DNA from: Spongospora subterranea f. sp. subterranea
Taxonomy: Eukaryota
Reading direction: 5' to 3'
Assembly: GCA_049724395.1 (NCBI GenBank)
Contig: JAUGWO010000109.1
Span: 62,001 to 126,000, forward strand
DNA: 64,000 bases
Of this stretch, positions 55,003-64,000 are shown piece after piece (within the stretch, counting starts at the first letter, position 1; each line of letters begins with the position of its first letter). Both the position numbers and the translations under genes were made by a program. The notes below the pieces were generated by a model that was not told the DNA's origin, did no database searches, and saw only the letters and a list, made by a program, of their open reading frames with translations.

Positions 55003-58000
55003 TCTAGGCATTATATACATGAAATCAAAGTGCAATACAATGTTCACCAAAAGGTCATACCCTCCTCTGGTAGGAGATGTGACATCATCGATCATCGATT
55101 TCCAATGAAATTGTTTTTGTAGTAGTTTGAGTACTACATTAATTCCATAATGTCCACAATTTGCCCCAACATGGGCAATAACACACAATCTAGTCTTTAG
55201 ATTGTCACATTCATCTGGGATAACCACTTTGTCTGAGTGATTTAGCAACAACCCATCTGAATTCAAGATTAAGGAATCCCTGTCTCGACCCTCAATCCAA
55301 TTACTCTGCTCTTGAGTAATCTCATCAACAGTTGGCCACACCAACTTACTCATAGGTTGAGTCCGAAATTGATCCTTGAAGTTTTGAGGTCCAAGTGATG
55401 CATCAGTTAGGTCTATCCTAGCATCATGATCGATATCATTCTCAACATGCTCAGATTCCTCAGTTATCGATCCGTTACTCCTTTGAGTACCACGATTAAC
55501 TGTAATCCTATTGCATCTCTCAGAACCGCATCCAGATCCCTTTAGGCCATTATCAATGTCTGATTTTGATAATGCAGCCCCCCATCGAGTCATCATATCA
55601 GCCCAGACATTCATGTCTCCTGGTATATGTTCGATGTTGAATTTAAATGATCTGAGATCCATACCCCATCTTTCCAAGCGTTCCCCAGCTTGCTTCGTGC
55701 ACTTTTCAGGATTATACATGGAAGTCAAATTCCTATGATCCGTAAAAAGCAGAAAGGGTTTAGAAGATTGAACTAAATAGTCCAATTTCCTAACTGTGTC
55801 CCAGATAGCGAATGCTTCCTTATCTGGCGTAGACCAGTTCAATTCTGATCCATGGAATCTGTGTCCGCAGAATCCCAACGGTTCATGTCTCTGATCATGG
55901 AACGGCAGTTTCCCAACATCCTCATGTGGAATCTGTGTCACCATACCAGAACTATGATATTGACTCGCATCAGTGAACACACATTGAACCATATCCTCGT
56001 CAGGATAGTTCAGCTGAGTTCGTCTACTGATCGCAGCCTTCATACTGCTGAATGCTTCATCATGAACTGCATTCCAACCAAACGCGTCAATGAAATTCCC
56101 TTGGCCACCGATTTGGTCCTTTTCGGCTGACCTTTCATTGCGTTTTCATAGATATTCTGCAATGGCAGAACTAATCTATTATAATCTGGAATGGCTCTAC
56201 TCATCTATTGAATAGCCATTACAAACTGTTGCAAGTCTCGCGCTGTCGTTGGCTTCGGCATATTTACTAATGCCTCAACTCTAGCCGGATCATGCCTCAC
56301 ACCCTCAGGAGTGAATTTTCTTCCACAGAATTTGGCCTTAATCTGGAACAATTCACACTTCTCTAAGTTGAATTTGATATCGTGTTCCTGTGCCAATTTA
56401 AGTGTCGTTTCTAACACCTGGAACCACTTCTCTTGAGTGTCTGCGTGTCCCAATATGTCATCAATCCATATTATTAATGATTGATACAGCAGTTCCCTAT
56501 ATATCTCATGCATTCTAGCTTGGAACTGTGTGGCAGAATTCAGTGCTCCCTGAATGGATCTCGTTGGAGTGTAAACCCCTCGATCCGTCATAAAAGAAAA
56601 CATTTCTTTGCAATCGGCGTCAAGTGACATCATCCAGAAACCTTTGAAAGCGTCTAGAGAAAACCAATATTTGGAGCCACCCAAATGCTTGACTATTGAT
56701 TCAAGAAACGGCATGGGCCATGCAGTTGCCTTGCATAGAGCGTTGACTTCTCTCAAATCAACCACCATACGTAATCCTTTACCACCGGGTTTTCTGACCA
56801 CCACAACCGGAGAGGCCCACTCACAATTGTAGTTTCATAAACCAATCCATATTTCTCCAGAAGGCTGACAAATGTCGCCAGGAACTCACTATGTTCCTTG
56901 CTGTACCGTCGGGATTTGCACCTAACAGGTTCAACTCCTTCCCTCAGGTTCGTTACGAAAGGAGTGACATTTGCAGGTGGATCAGGTCCCAGCGACCTTC
57001 TCCAAACAGTTTGATACTTCCATATCAACTTCCTTAGTCGACTTTGCCATTCTATAGGCAATCCGTTATCAATAGCACGAGACATCATGTCTTCCATTGA
57101 CTTCAAACTGTCTTCTGGGAAATCTTCCCCAATAATAATACATCATCATCGTTGTACAAATCCCAATGACTGATATTATCCTCATTGTTGGCGCCTAATG
57201 TCATCTTTAGAATTAGCGACTCTAGAGCATCTTTAGGATTTATCCCCAGCTCTTTCAACAAATCTTCACCTAGCAATATTTCATCTAATGGTGAATCCCA
57301 CAGCAAACATCTCCGGTTCCGAATGATCAGTTCGCCCGTTGCTGTATACAGGGTCAGATCAGACAACATCTCACGTGTTGCTTCCGCCACTGTCTTATCT
57401 GGCAATATTAACTTAATTGCCTTTGCCAGTTCCTTATACCGATCTTATCATCGAGCCACTGCGCTTTCTTCGCAATGCTCATCGGTATAACTGGCGACTG
57501 GGTACCACTGTCTAATAACCCTAAAAATATCATTCCTGCAGTCGACACTCTGACACTCAACTGTTTGTCTGCAGTTGACGGTTCGTGCATTTCTGACACT
57601 TTGTAGAAATCACTACTGTTGGATCCTGTCGTAGTCCTGACATAAAGATCACCGTTCTGTTGGCTCTCTATGCTAGCAACTCCAATCCGACAAATCCTCA
57701 AATACTGTCCATCGTTGTTTGGTTTATTTTCAAACAAAACTTTCATTTTGTCTTTGTGTTTAACCAACAACGATTCCATCTCTGTCTTCGATGGTTTCTG
57801 TGGACACTTGGACATACTATGTCCCTCCAAACCGCAGCACAAACATAAGAACTTTCCATTCTTATGCTTAACGTTTTTTTCTGACGCCGGGCGTTGTCTC
57901 ACCTCGGGTTGCAGTTTCCTTGAATCTGTGGCATATCTCTAACGGCACTGTGCCGCAGTCCTCTACTGTCGCAGTTTTTCACGGAGTTTCGTTGTCTGCC

Positions 58001-58290
58001 GATCCCATGGTCCTGCTCTGACCTGGTCGTTCAAATCACCAATTTGTTGACCGTTGACTGTCCCTAGTCTACCCACAACCAACAGGTTTTGAATCTGTTG
58101 CTAACGTTGTCGAGTCCATGTGTCCATCATACATAACAGACACTATTCGTAATACACAACTATTGTATAAATACGAATCATCCAACAATCAGTATCAACC
58201 AGTCCATGCCATTTCTGACACCCGGTGTCGTCCCTGATCTATCCTTCCCTTTGTATAAAATGACATACATTTTCATACTAAAGAATTCTT

Positions 58291-58485
58291 TGTAATATAC
58301 ATCGGTATACACTGGTCAGGTGGATTACTATAGATGCTATTTACACACAATAGATGTTCCTATTCCGAGCCAATATACTCTCTGTGTATTAGATCCGATA
58401 TCTGGTCCGTAAAGTCCGTCAGGAACTTCGTTGCCAGCTATATCCAATACAATAGGGTATCCTGTCGTAGGCTATAGGGTCAATA
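58291..58485 (-). repeat. 5' LTR of Gypsy C (outer end deleted)
   Basis: TGTAATATACATCGGTATACACTGG... matches the 52451 LTR with a ~30-bp indel; lacks the TATGTTACA end. Confidence 0.88.
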
Positions 58486-58709
58486 CGTTCCAATGGATCT
58501 CGTCGTGTGTTAATCTACACAATAAAATACAAGACCGCCGATCGAACCTTAACGATTTATGTGAGGATGACGTCTACCATTCCGACGACGACACCGATGA
58601 CATGTGCACGTCCGCGCCAATAAACGACGGTAATCTGTACAATCAGCAATGGCGCAAAGAAATTCAGAATGAGGTTTCAATCTGGAGTGGGTATCACTAA
58701 TTAAGAAAT

Positions 58710-59740
58710 TTATTTTGCAACCAAGTTCAAAAGCTGTTCAATTTCTGGAACGGATCTTCCTTGTTCAAGGAGTTTTAAAGTAAGTTCGGTGCGATCTCGG
58801 CGCATGTCTCTCGCAATGTCGGCTTCCATTTTCGATTGTTCTAGCTGGACTCGGATCCTATCTAATTCAAGTCGAGCAGCGCGATCTGCACGGTCCATCT
58901 GTTCAGCTTTGTCTTTGAGATGTCGATGTCTGTCATCGCTTTCTCGCATGTATTCCATCACAGCAGTGCTGTGCTCCAGGTATGCTCCTGAAAAATCTTT
59001 CCGAACTGGAGGTGAACGAACAGGAGGTGATGTACCGAGACGGTTTGGCATATAAACCGGTTTCGTTGTCCGACTCGGTGTCCTCATGCTGGAAGTGCTA
59101 CCTGAGACGATACCCCGCTGTTGAATCCTCGCATTGTTATTTGGAGAATTTTGACCCTACTCCCTTGCACCACCTTCCAAATCATCAGCAGAATCATCGC
59201 TATCACATTGAAGCGGCGTGTCACTCGAGAAGCTGACAGAATCCTCATCTGATAAATCACCACCATAGTCACGTGGTTGAGGAAAAAAATCAGCTTCTAC
59301 GCCAAGCTGAATCGTTGCAGGAGCAACGACATTGGGTCTCTTCGCCAACCAGGGCGTCTAAACTCCCAACCCGAAACAAAGGTGCTCCAGTTTTTCCGAG
59401 ATGGTCGAAATCCCTCGATCTCTTTCAGTATCGCAAATACCGAAATCGGTATTCATTGACGTTTTTTTTTATTTCTTATATTTTTTGAGAATAGATGCGT
59501 ACCGACTTTTAGCGGGTATGGGCGTCCCAGATCCGGCGAGGGTCCTTCGATTGCTCGTTGATATATTCCGCCAGAAATATATGCGCGCTGCTTTTTTTTA
59601 CCTTTTTTCCTGATAACATCGGGCCGGACGTTTTGCCAGTGATGAGGTCAAAATTCTCCTTAACACTGAGCCAGTGTAGCATGTACCAGCATTGCTGATG
59701 TGCTGGTTTCCCAAATTGCCTGCAACGCGAACCATTATTG
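58710..59740 (-). pseudogene. Harbinger second ORF (Myb/SANT-like DNA-binding partner), degenerate
   Basis: MLHWLSVKEN, LAEYINEQ...WDAHTAKSRYASILKKYK, KRPNVVAP, acidic linker and coiled-coil C-terminus; convergent with the transposase inside the TIRs. Confidence 0.65.
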
Positions 59741-59930
59741 ATCCGTTATCGACGTGAATAACCTCTTGAACTCAGAATCAGCTGCGGACTCCGCGAAACA
59801 AAGTAAAACCCTTCCGGAACTTTGACAACCCCCACGCGAAATTCCGAATCTTTTGCCCAGTTTCCTTACCCAAAGAATTGAATCTTTGGGATTGCAAAGA
59901 TGCGGAGTTTTCTTAACTTTGACAACCCCT

Positions 59931-60211
59931 AGTGATGGAATTTTGGAAGACCCCCCAAGGTTGCATCCAATACGGAAAAGGTAGAGTGAATGTTGAGTAC
60001 GAAGGTCTGACCACGTGGCCTGAAATGAATGTGGGAGAGCGAGCTGCTTGCAGTAAACTCGGAAACTCTGGATAGGCAATGTAATCAGGTGGGGGCAAGT
60101 CCCACTCGGTGTGGTCGTTAGGACAGGTTATGTTGCTGAATCCAGCTGGTCTAACAGGTTCCTTCAATGGATACCCAAGCTACTTGTAGCGGCCAGGCGG
60201 AAGTAGAGAAA
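59931..60211 (+). mobile_element. SINE family 1, 3' piece of the split copy (tail lost)
   Basis: AGTGATGGAATTTTGG...GGCCAGGCGGAAGTAG is collinear with 52882-53160. Confidence 0.9.
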
Positions 60212-60214
60212 TTT

Positions 60215-60251
60215 TGGATGGTTTTCTAATTTGAAATTAGAAAACCATCCA
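60215..60251. repeat. Perfect 37-bp palindrome (18-bp arms, 1-nt centre)
   Basis: TGGATGGTTTTCTAATTT-G-AAATTAGAAAACCATCCA. Confidence 0.9.
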
Positions 60252-60655
60252 GCGGAGCTAAGCTGTGCCAACATTTGTTCGACGTGGGGAAGTGCATAGC
60301 GGTTCTTAATAGTAATGACATTCAATTTCCGATAGTCGAGGCATAGACGAAGAGAGCCGTCTTTTTTCTTGACAAAGAGGACAGGAGCGCCAGCGGGTGA
60401 CTGCGACGGAAGGGTGAAGCTACGGGAGAGATTGTCTTGGATATATATTTCTTAAGCGCTTCCTGTTCTCTGGGAGAGAGCCCATAAAGTCGACCGAACG
60501 GGTACCTGGTTTGAAATCGATGCAACAACTGTACGGACTGTATGGCGGAAGTTGTTTAATGCCGAGGGCGGAAGAAGAGGAAGATGAGAAGTACGATGGA
60601 GAAGTAAAAGGAGGATAAAAGGAATTCGGATCGATAGAAGTATAATTTATTTGAC
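60234..60655 (-). mobile_element. Gypsy element A RT, upstream piece
   Basis: [71 protein letters not shown]. Confidence 0.9.
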
Positions 60656-61154
60656 TGTAAAATAAAAAATGTGTAAAGCCCTGCTTAACCTCACTCGTTA
60701 CTCCTTGATCTAAGCAAATTGCAGTTCTTTCCCATCACTGCAATTGCCTTTATGCCCTCTTGACTGGTCGGGTTATCCAAGCCTATGTCCCGTTCTTCTC
60801 GTTACACTGCTTGTTTATGCCCTATTTAAAAGCCCTAACATTATCCAATAAACTTTTATTCTACTTCTTTGTCCTTTTGCTTGCCATAGCAACCCCTCCA
60901 CTTACAGTTTTCTTTATTTGACTTTTTTTATATAGGTCACTTCATGCCATGGTTGTCGACCACACGCCGCCGCCTCCCCAGACCCGTTCTCAATCCATCA
61001 CCGCCGTCGCATTGCAGCAAGAGCAGATGGAGCATGAGATAACTGGCATCCACACTTTGCTTCACGCCCTCCAACAAACTTGCGAACGCCTTGCCGCCCG
61101 ATTCGAAGAGGCTTTCCAAAACGCCAACGCCCCGCCAACATTTCCGCCTGCCGG

Positions 61155-62079
61155 AAGCTTGGTTCCTGTCTGTCCCTGTTGGTGGCAGGCATGTCCGGGT
61201 GAGTGTTAGGCATGAGTTCGAAACCCCGTGAGTGATGGAATTTTGGGAGACCCCCCAAGGTTGCATCCAATACGGAAAAGTAGAGTGAATGTTGATCACT
61301 AAGGTCTGACCACGTGGCCTTTAATGAATGTGGGAGAGCGAGCTGCTTGCAGTAAACTCGGAAACTCTGGATAGGCAATGAAATCAGGTGGGCAGGTCCC
61401 ATTCGGTGTAGTTAACTGCGGAGTTAGCCAAATGGGTGAGCTCCGTGGCTAGCAAGGCTGAGGTCCGGACTTCGATTCTTAGATGATGAGATTTCTTGGT
61501 CAGTGATGCCGAAGAGGTCAAGCATACACCTCTCTAAAAAGCTTTATTTCCTTAACGCACTAATCCGGGTAATCATGAAGTGCCGAGGAGAATAACCTCG
61601 TTAAAATAAATGGGTCTGACCACATGGCTCGGGTGAATGTGGGAGGGAGAGCTGCTTGCAGTAAAACTCGAAAAACTCTGGAAAGACAATGTAATCGGGT
61701 GGGGGCAGGTCCCATTCGGTGTGGTCGTTAGGACAGGTTATGTTGCTTAATCCAGCTGGTTTAATAGGTTCCTTCAGTGGATACCCAAGCTACTTGTAGC
61801 GGCCAGGCGGAAGTAGGGAAAAACCTGGTAGTACACAGGATTACCCGACCCATAAGAACCCGCGAACCTTTGTATACCATACCATACCATACCATACCCA
61901 TTCGGTGTGGTCGTTAGGACAGATTATGTTGCTGAATCCAGCTGGTCTAATAGGCTCCTTCTTTGGATACCCAAGCTATTTGTAGCGACCAGGCGGAAGT
62001 AGGGAAAGCCTGGTAGTACACAGGCTTACCCTAAAACCCATAAGAACCCGCGATCCTCTGTATACCATACCATACCATA
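61155..62079 (+). mobile_element. SINE family 1 copy (61155-61409 plus 61897-62079) containing a SINE family 3 insertion
   Basis: Head and (TACCA)n tail; TSD CCGCCTGCC(G/T)G at 61144-61154 and 62080-62090. Confidence 0.88.
61410..61896 (+). mobile_element. SINE family 3 (tRNA-like head, unique middle, family-1 3' half and (TACCA)n tail)
   Basis: A-box TAGCCAAATGG; B-box-like GACTTCGATTC; from ~61613 collinear with family 1; 12-bp TSD CCCATTCGGTGT at 61398-61409 and 61897-61908. Confidence 0.87.
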
Positions 62080-62833
62080 CCGCCTGCCTGTACCGATCAC
62101 CAATTTGCCAAAGACATCAAGCCCTTTGCCATAATGACAGCCGCTCTGCCGACGCCCGTTATCCGCCCGGTCCAACCGTCATCCTTTTCCGGAAGCGAAC
62201 GCCCACCCATTGATCCACAGGACCATTTCTTTTGCTTAGATCTGTGGCTACTCGATCAGCCGGAAGCCCGCAAGATCGCATTAGCCGCTGGAACGTTCAC
62301 AGGAACGGTAAGAAAGGAATGGCGCATTCGACTCCTCACAGAAGGAGGCTTCAGTCTCGTTTCAGAGCGAAAGACTCCGCCGAACAGGCTCGCAGCCGTA
62401 TTCGAAAGGCGATCCACACCAACAGGTATACAAACCTGGAATCATATTGCGAATTCTTCACCCAGACACAAGCCGACTTGGGAGACGGACACGATCAAGA
62501 ATTGATCTCCGTATTCATAGCCGGGTTGCAAGTTCCAACTGCCGTCGTCGTGTTGAAAATCCGCCGCCCCGGCACTCTTCAGGCCGCAATTACAACTGCG
62601 TTACGCCTTAAGACAATACCATCGGAAGTTTCTCGACATTACCATGCTCATGAGCAACCGCATCGTCCCCGCGAAAATCCATCCTGTTAGGAAACCCATA
62701 TATTCCTAACTCGCGCAGTTCAGACGCAGTTTTCGGACAAGAATTGACCAATCGAAGGTCATTCTTGTCAACACCTCTCTCAGGCATCAATAAATCGATA
62801 GTTATATCAACTGCTCTGGCTTGTTCTAACAGT

Positions 62834-62844
62834 TTGACAAGAAT
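62834..62844 (+). promoter_or_regulatory. Putative self-priming primer-binding site of Gypsy E
   Basis: TTGACAAGAAT, 2 nt after the LTR end, is the exact reverse complement of ATTCTTGTCAA at 62761-62771 inside the LTR; it does not begin with TGG. Confidence 0.7.
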
Positions 62845-62851
62845 TCCCTCT

Positions 62852-63107
62852 TCTCGGTTTACGTACCGTCACTTCTCGCCTCTCGGTTTACGTACCGTCA
62901 CTTCTCTCCTCTCGGTTTACGTACCGTCACTTCTCGTCTCTCGGTTTACGTACCGTCACTTCTCTCCTCTCGGTTTACGTACCGTCACTTCTCTCCTCTC
63001 GGTTTACGTACCGTCACTTCTCTCCTCTCGGTTTACGTACCGTCACTTCTCTCCTCTCGGTTTACGTACCGTCACTTCTCTCCTCTCGATTTACGTACCG
63101 CCACTTC
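62852..63107. repeat. 29-bp tandem repeat, ~9 copies, in the Gypsy E 5' leader
   Basis: Unit TCTCGGTTTACGTACCGTCACTTCTCTCC. Confidence 0.95.
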
Positions 63108-64000
63108 GCCCCACAACATGTCTAGCCGCGAGCGATCGGAGTCAGTTCCAGCTAGCCCGCACAACCATCGAGGTTTTCAGGTACCGACGGAACATCCACA
63201 GTTCCGTCAGTCTGTACCTCAACCTTTGTCGCCGGAGGTCCAGGCGGTATTACAGGCGGCACTAGCTCAGCAACAGCAACAGTTTCAACGACAGTTGCAG
63301 GAACTGTCGCAACACTACCAGCAATAGCAAATTGATCAGCAGCCTCCTCAGCCAGAACCTAAGGTTCGCCTTCCGGATCCGTTTGACGGTTCCCGATGCG
63401 CCCTGCGAGGGTTCATAAACCAGATTTCAATGGTCATCAGTCGCAAACCCAGAACGTATGCGATCGATTCCGATAAGGTGATGCTGGTGGCAGACCTCCT
63501 GAAAGGGAACGCACTGCTGTGGTTCTCGCCGCTTTTCGAACGACAAGACCCGATACTGCAAGATTTCCCTGGGTTCGTTCAAGCATTGCACGCGAGGTTT
63601 GACGACCCGAATAAGTCCACGACGGCAGCCAGACGTTTGGAAATCCTGCGCCAGGGTCGCCGACCGGTTGCCACATACGCCAGCGAGTTCCAGCTGCTGG
63701 TGGAGGACGCAGATTGGGATGGGGCCGCGGCGCAGCATCAATTTCGAAAGGGTCTTAACGAGGAGGTGAAGGATCTACTCCTGACCTGCCCAGAAGCGCC
63801 CGATTTGAACGGGCTCATTGCGACTGCCATCAGATGCGGTGACCGTCTTTTTGAACGCGAACAGGAACGACGTGGTCGTGTTAGTTCGAATCCCCATCGT
63901 CATTCCAACGGGCCAGTTCACGACCCCATGTGCATCGATTCTGTAAGATCGACAGCCCGCCCTCGACTCGATGAGACGGAACGGGCACGGCGCCGCGACA

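Larger units (their letters stand above)
52451..58485 (-). mobile_element. Gypsy element C: near full-length chromodomain LTR retrotransposon (degenerate)
   Basis: Zinc knuckle CLCCGLEGHSMSKC, protease LLDSGT, RT LDAFKGFWM and IWIDDILG, RNase H FTDAS, integrase SDQASYF/NGTVE, chromodomain VKWLGFSETENSWEP; two LTRs; PPT AAAAAAGGAAG. Confidence 0.93.
51459..58700 (+). pseudogene. Harbinger-type DDE transposase, interrupted by Gypsy C (pieces 51459-52450 and ~58486-58700)
   Basis: MPRLSERGQLL, PETFQAFVDII, QLAVAL...IGVAYGT, DSGFTL...LIPY, then after the insertion WISSCVNLHN; frameshifted. Confidence 0.82.
51324..59930. mobile_element. PIF/Harbinger-superfamily (Pangu-like) DNA transposon with two convergent ORFs, carrying nested insertions
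   Basis: TIRs AGAGGTTGTCAAAGTTAA / TTAACTTTGACAACCCCT; AGT duplicated at 51321-51323 and 59931-59933; DDE_Tnp_4-type transposase plus a second ORF. Confidence 0.85.
60672..62684 (+). mobile_element. Gypsy element D: LTR-like segment (60672-60906) plus gag interrupted by SINEs
   Basis: TGTAA...TTACA segment with TATA- and AATAAA-like motifs; gag MVVDHTPPP... resumes after 62080 with PSSFSG, RKIALAAGTFTG, RFRAKDSAEQARSRI, VFIAGLQ. Confidence 0.75.
62685..64000 (+). mobile_element. Gypsy element E: 5' LTR (62685-62831), repeat-rich leader and gag (runs off the window)
   Basis: LTR TGTTAG...CTAACA with AATAAA; gag from 63118 with EPKVRLPDPFDGSR, LKGNALLWF, LRQGRRPVATYASEF, FRKGLNEEVKD, DPMCID; one in-frame TAG at 63325. 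Confidence 0.9.

Noticed and set aside
60646..60923. TTTATTTGACT direct repeat around the Gypsy D LTR as a TSD or self-priming site
   Set aside because: It does not abut the TG...CA termini, is too long for an LTR TSD and has no clean complement inside the LTR
61418..61490. Functional tRNA gene
   Set aside because: A/B-box-like motifs but no complete cloverleaf; it is the head of a TSD-flanked SINE
62029..62039. CCCTAAAACCC as a telomerase RNA template
   Set aside because: Present in only one SINE copy; the equivalent positions at ~53184 and ~61844 differ
63322..63333. CAA-TAG-CAA in gag as programmed readthrough
   Set aside because: The context is TAG CAA ATT, not the CARYYA consensus; it lies in a poly-Gln run early in gag, so a CAG to TAG mutation is simpler

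Overview
Eukaryotic nuclear DNA from a compact genome with many ~45-60 nt GT-AG introns. Ciliary genes (RPGRIP1L-like, CCDC65/DRC2-like) imply a flagellated stage; a plasmodiophorid-like protist is my inference, not proven. Positions 1-43 kb are gene-dense housekeeping sequence: MOB1, RPGRIP1L, COQ2, DNAJC7, MSH6, BUD32, Rieske Fe-S protein, pyruvate kinase, a TEX30-like hydrolase, AMSH/STAMBP, an EF-hand protein, an MscS-like channel, an M50B peptidase, DRC2 and an LRR protein. This part also holds one Gypsy relic with tandem arrays and an 89-nt pre-miRNA-like hairpin. Positions 43-64 kb are a transposon graveyard that can be unpicked base by base. It contains a decayed RecQ/TLH-like helicase, a Copia RT scrap and five Ty3/Gypsy elements or fragments. 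It also contains a two-ORF PIF/Harbinger-superfamily DNA transposon (AGT target duplication, Pangu-like) and three SINE families that share and swap head and tail modules. The most notable items are the modular SINE system with a structured shared head, a five-layer nested insertion series, and an LTR element whose primer-binding site is complementary to its own predicted transcript start (Tf1-type self-priming). Exon boundaries and starts were read by eye and are approximate.
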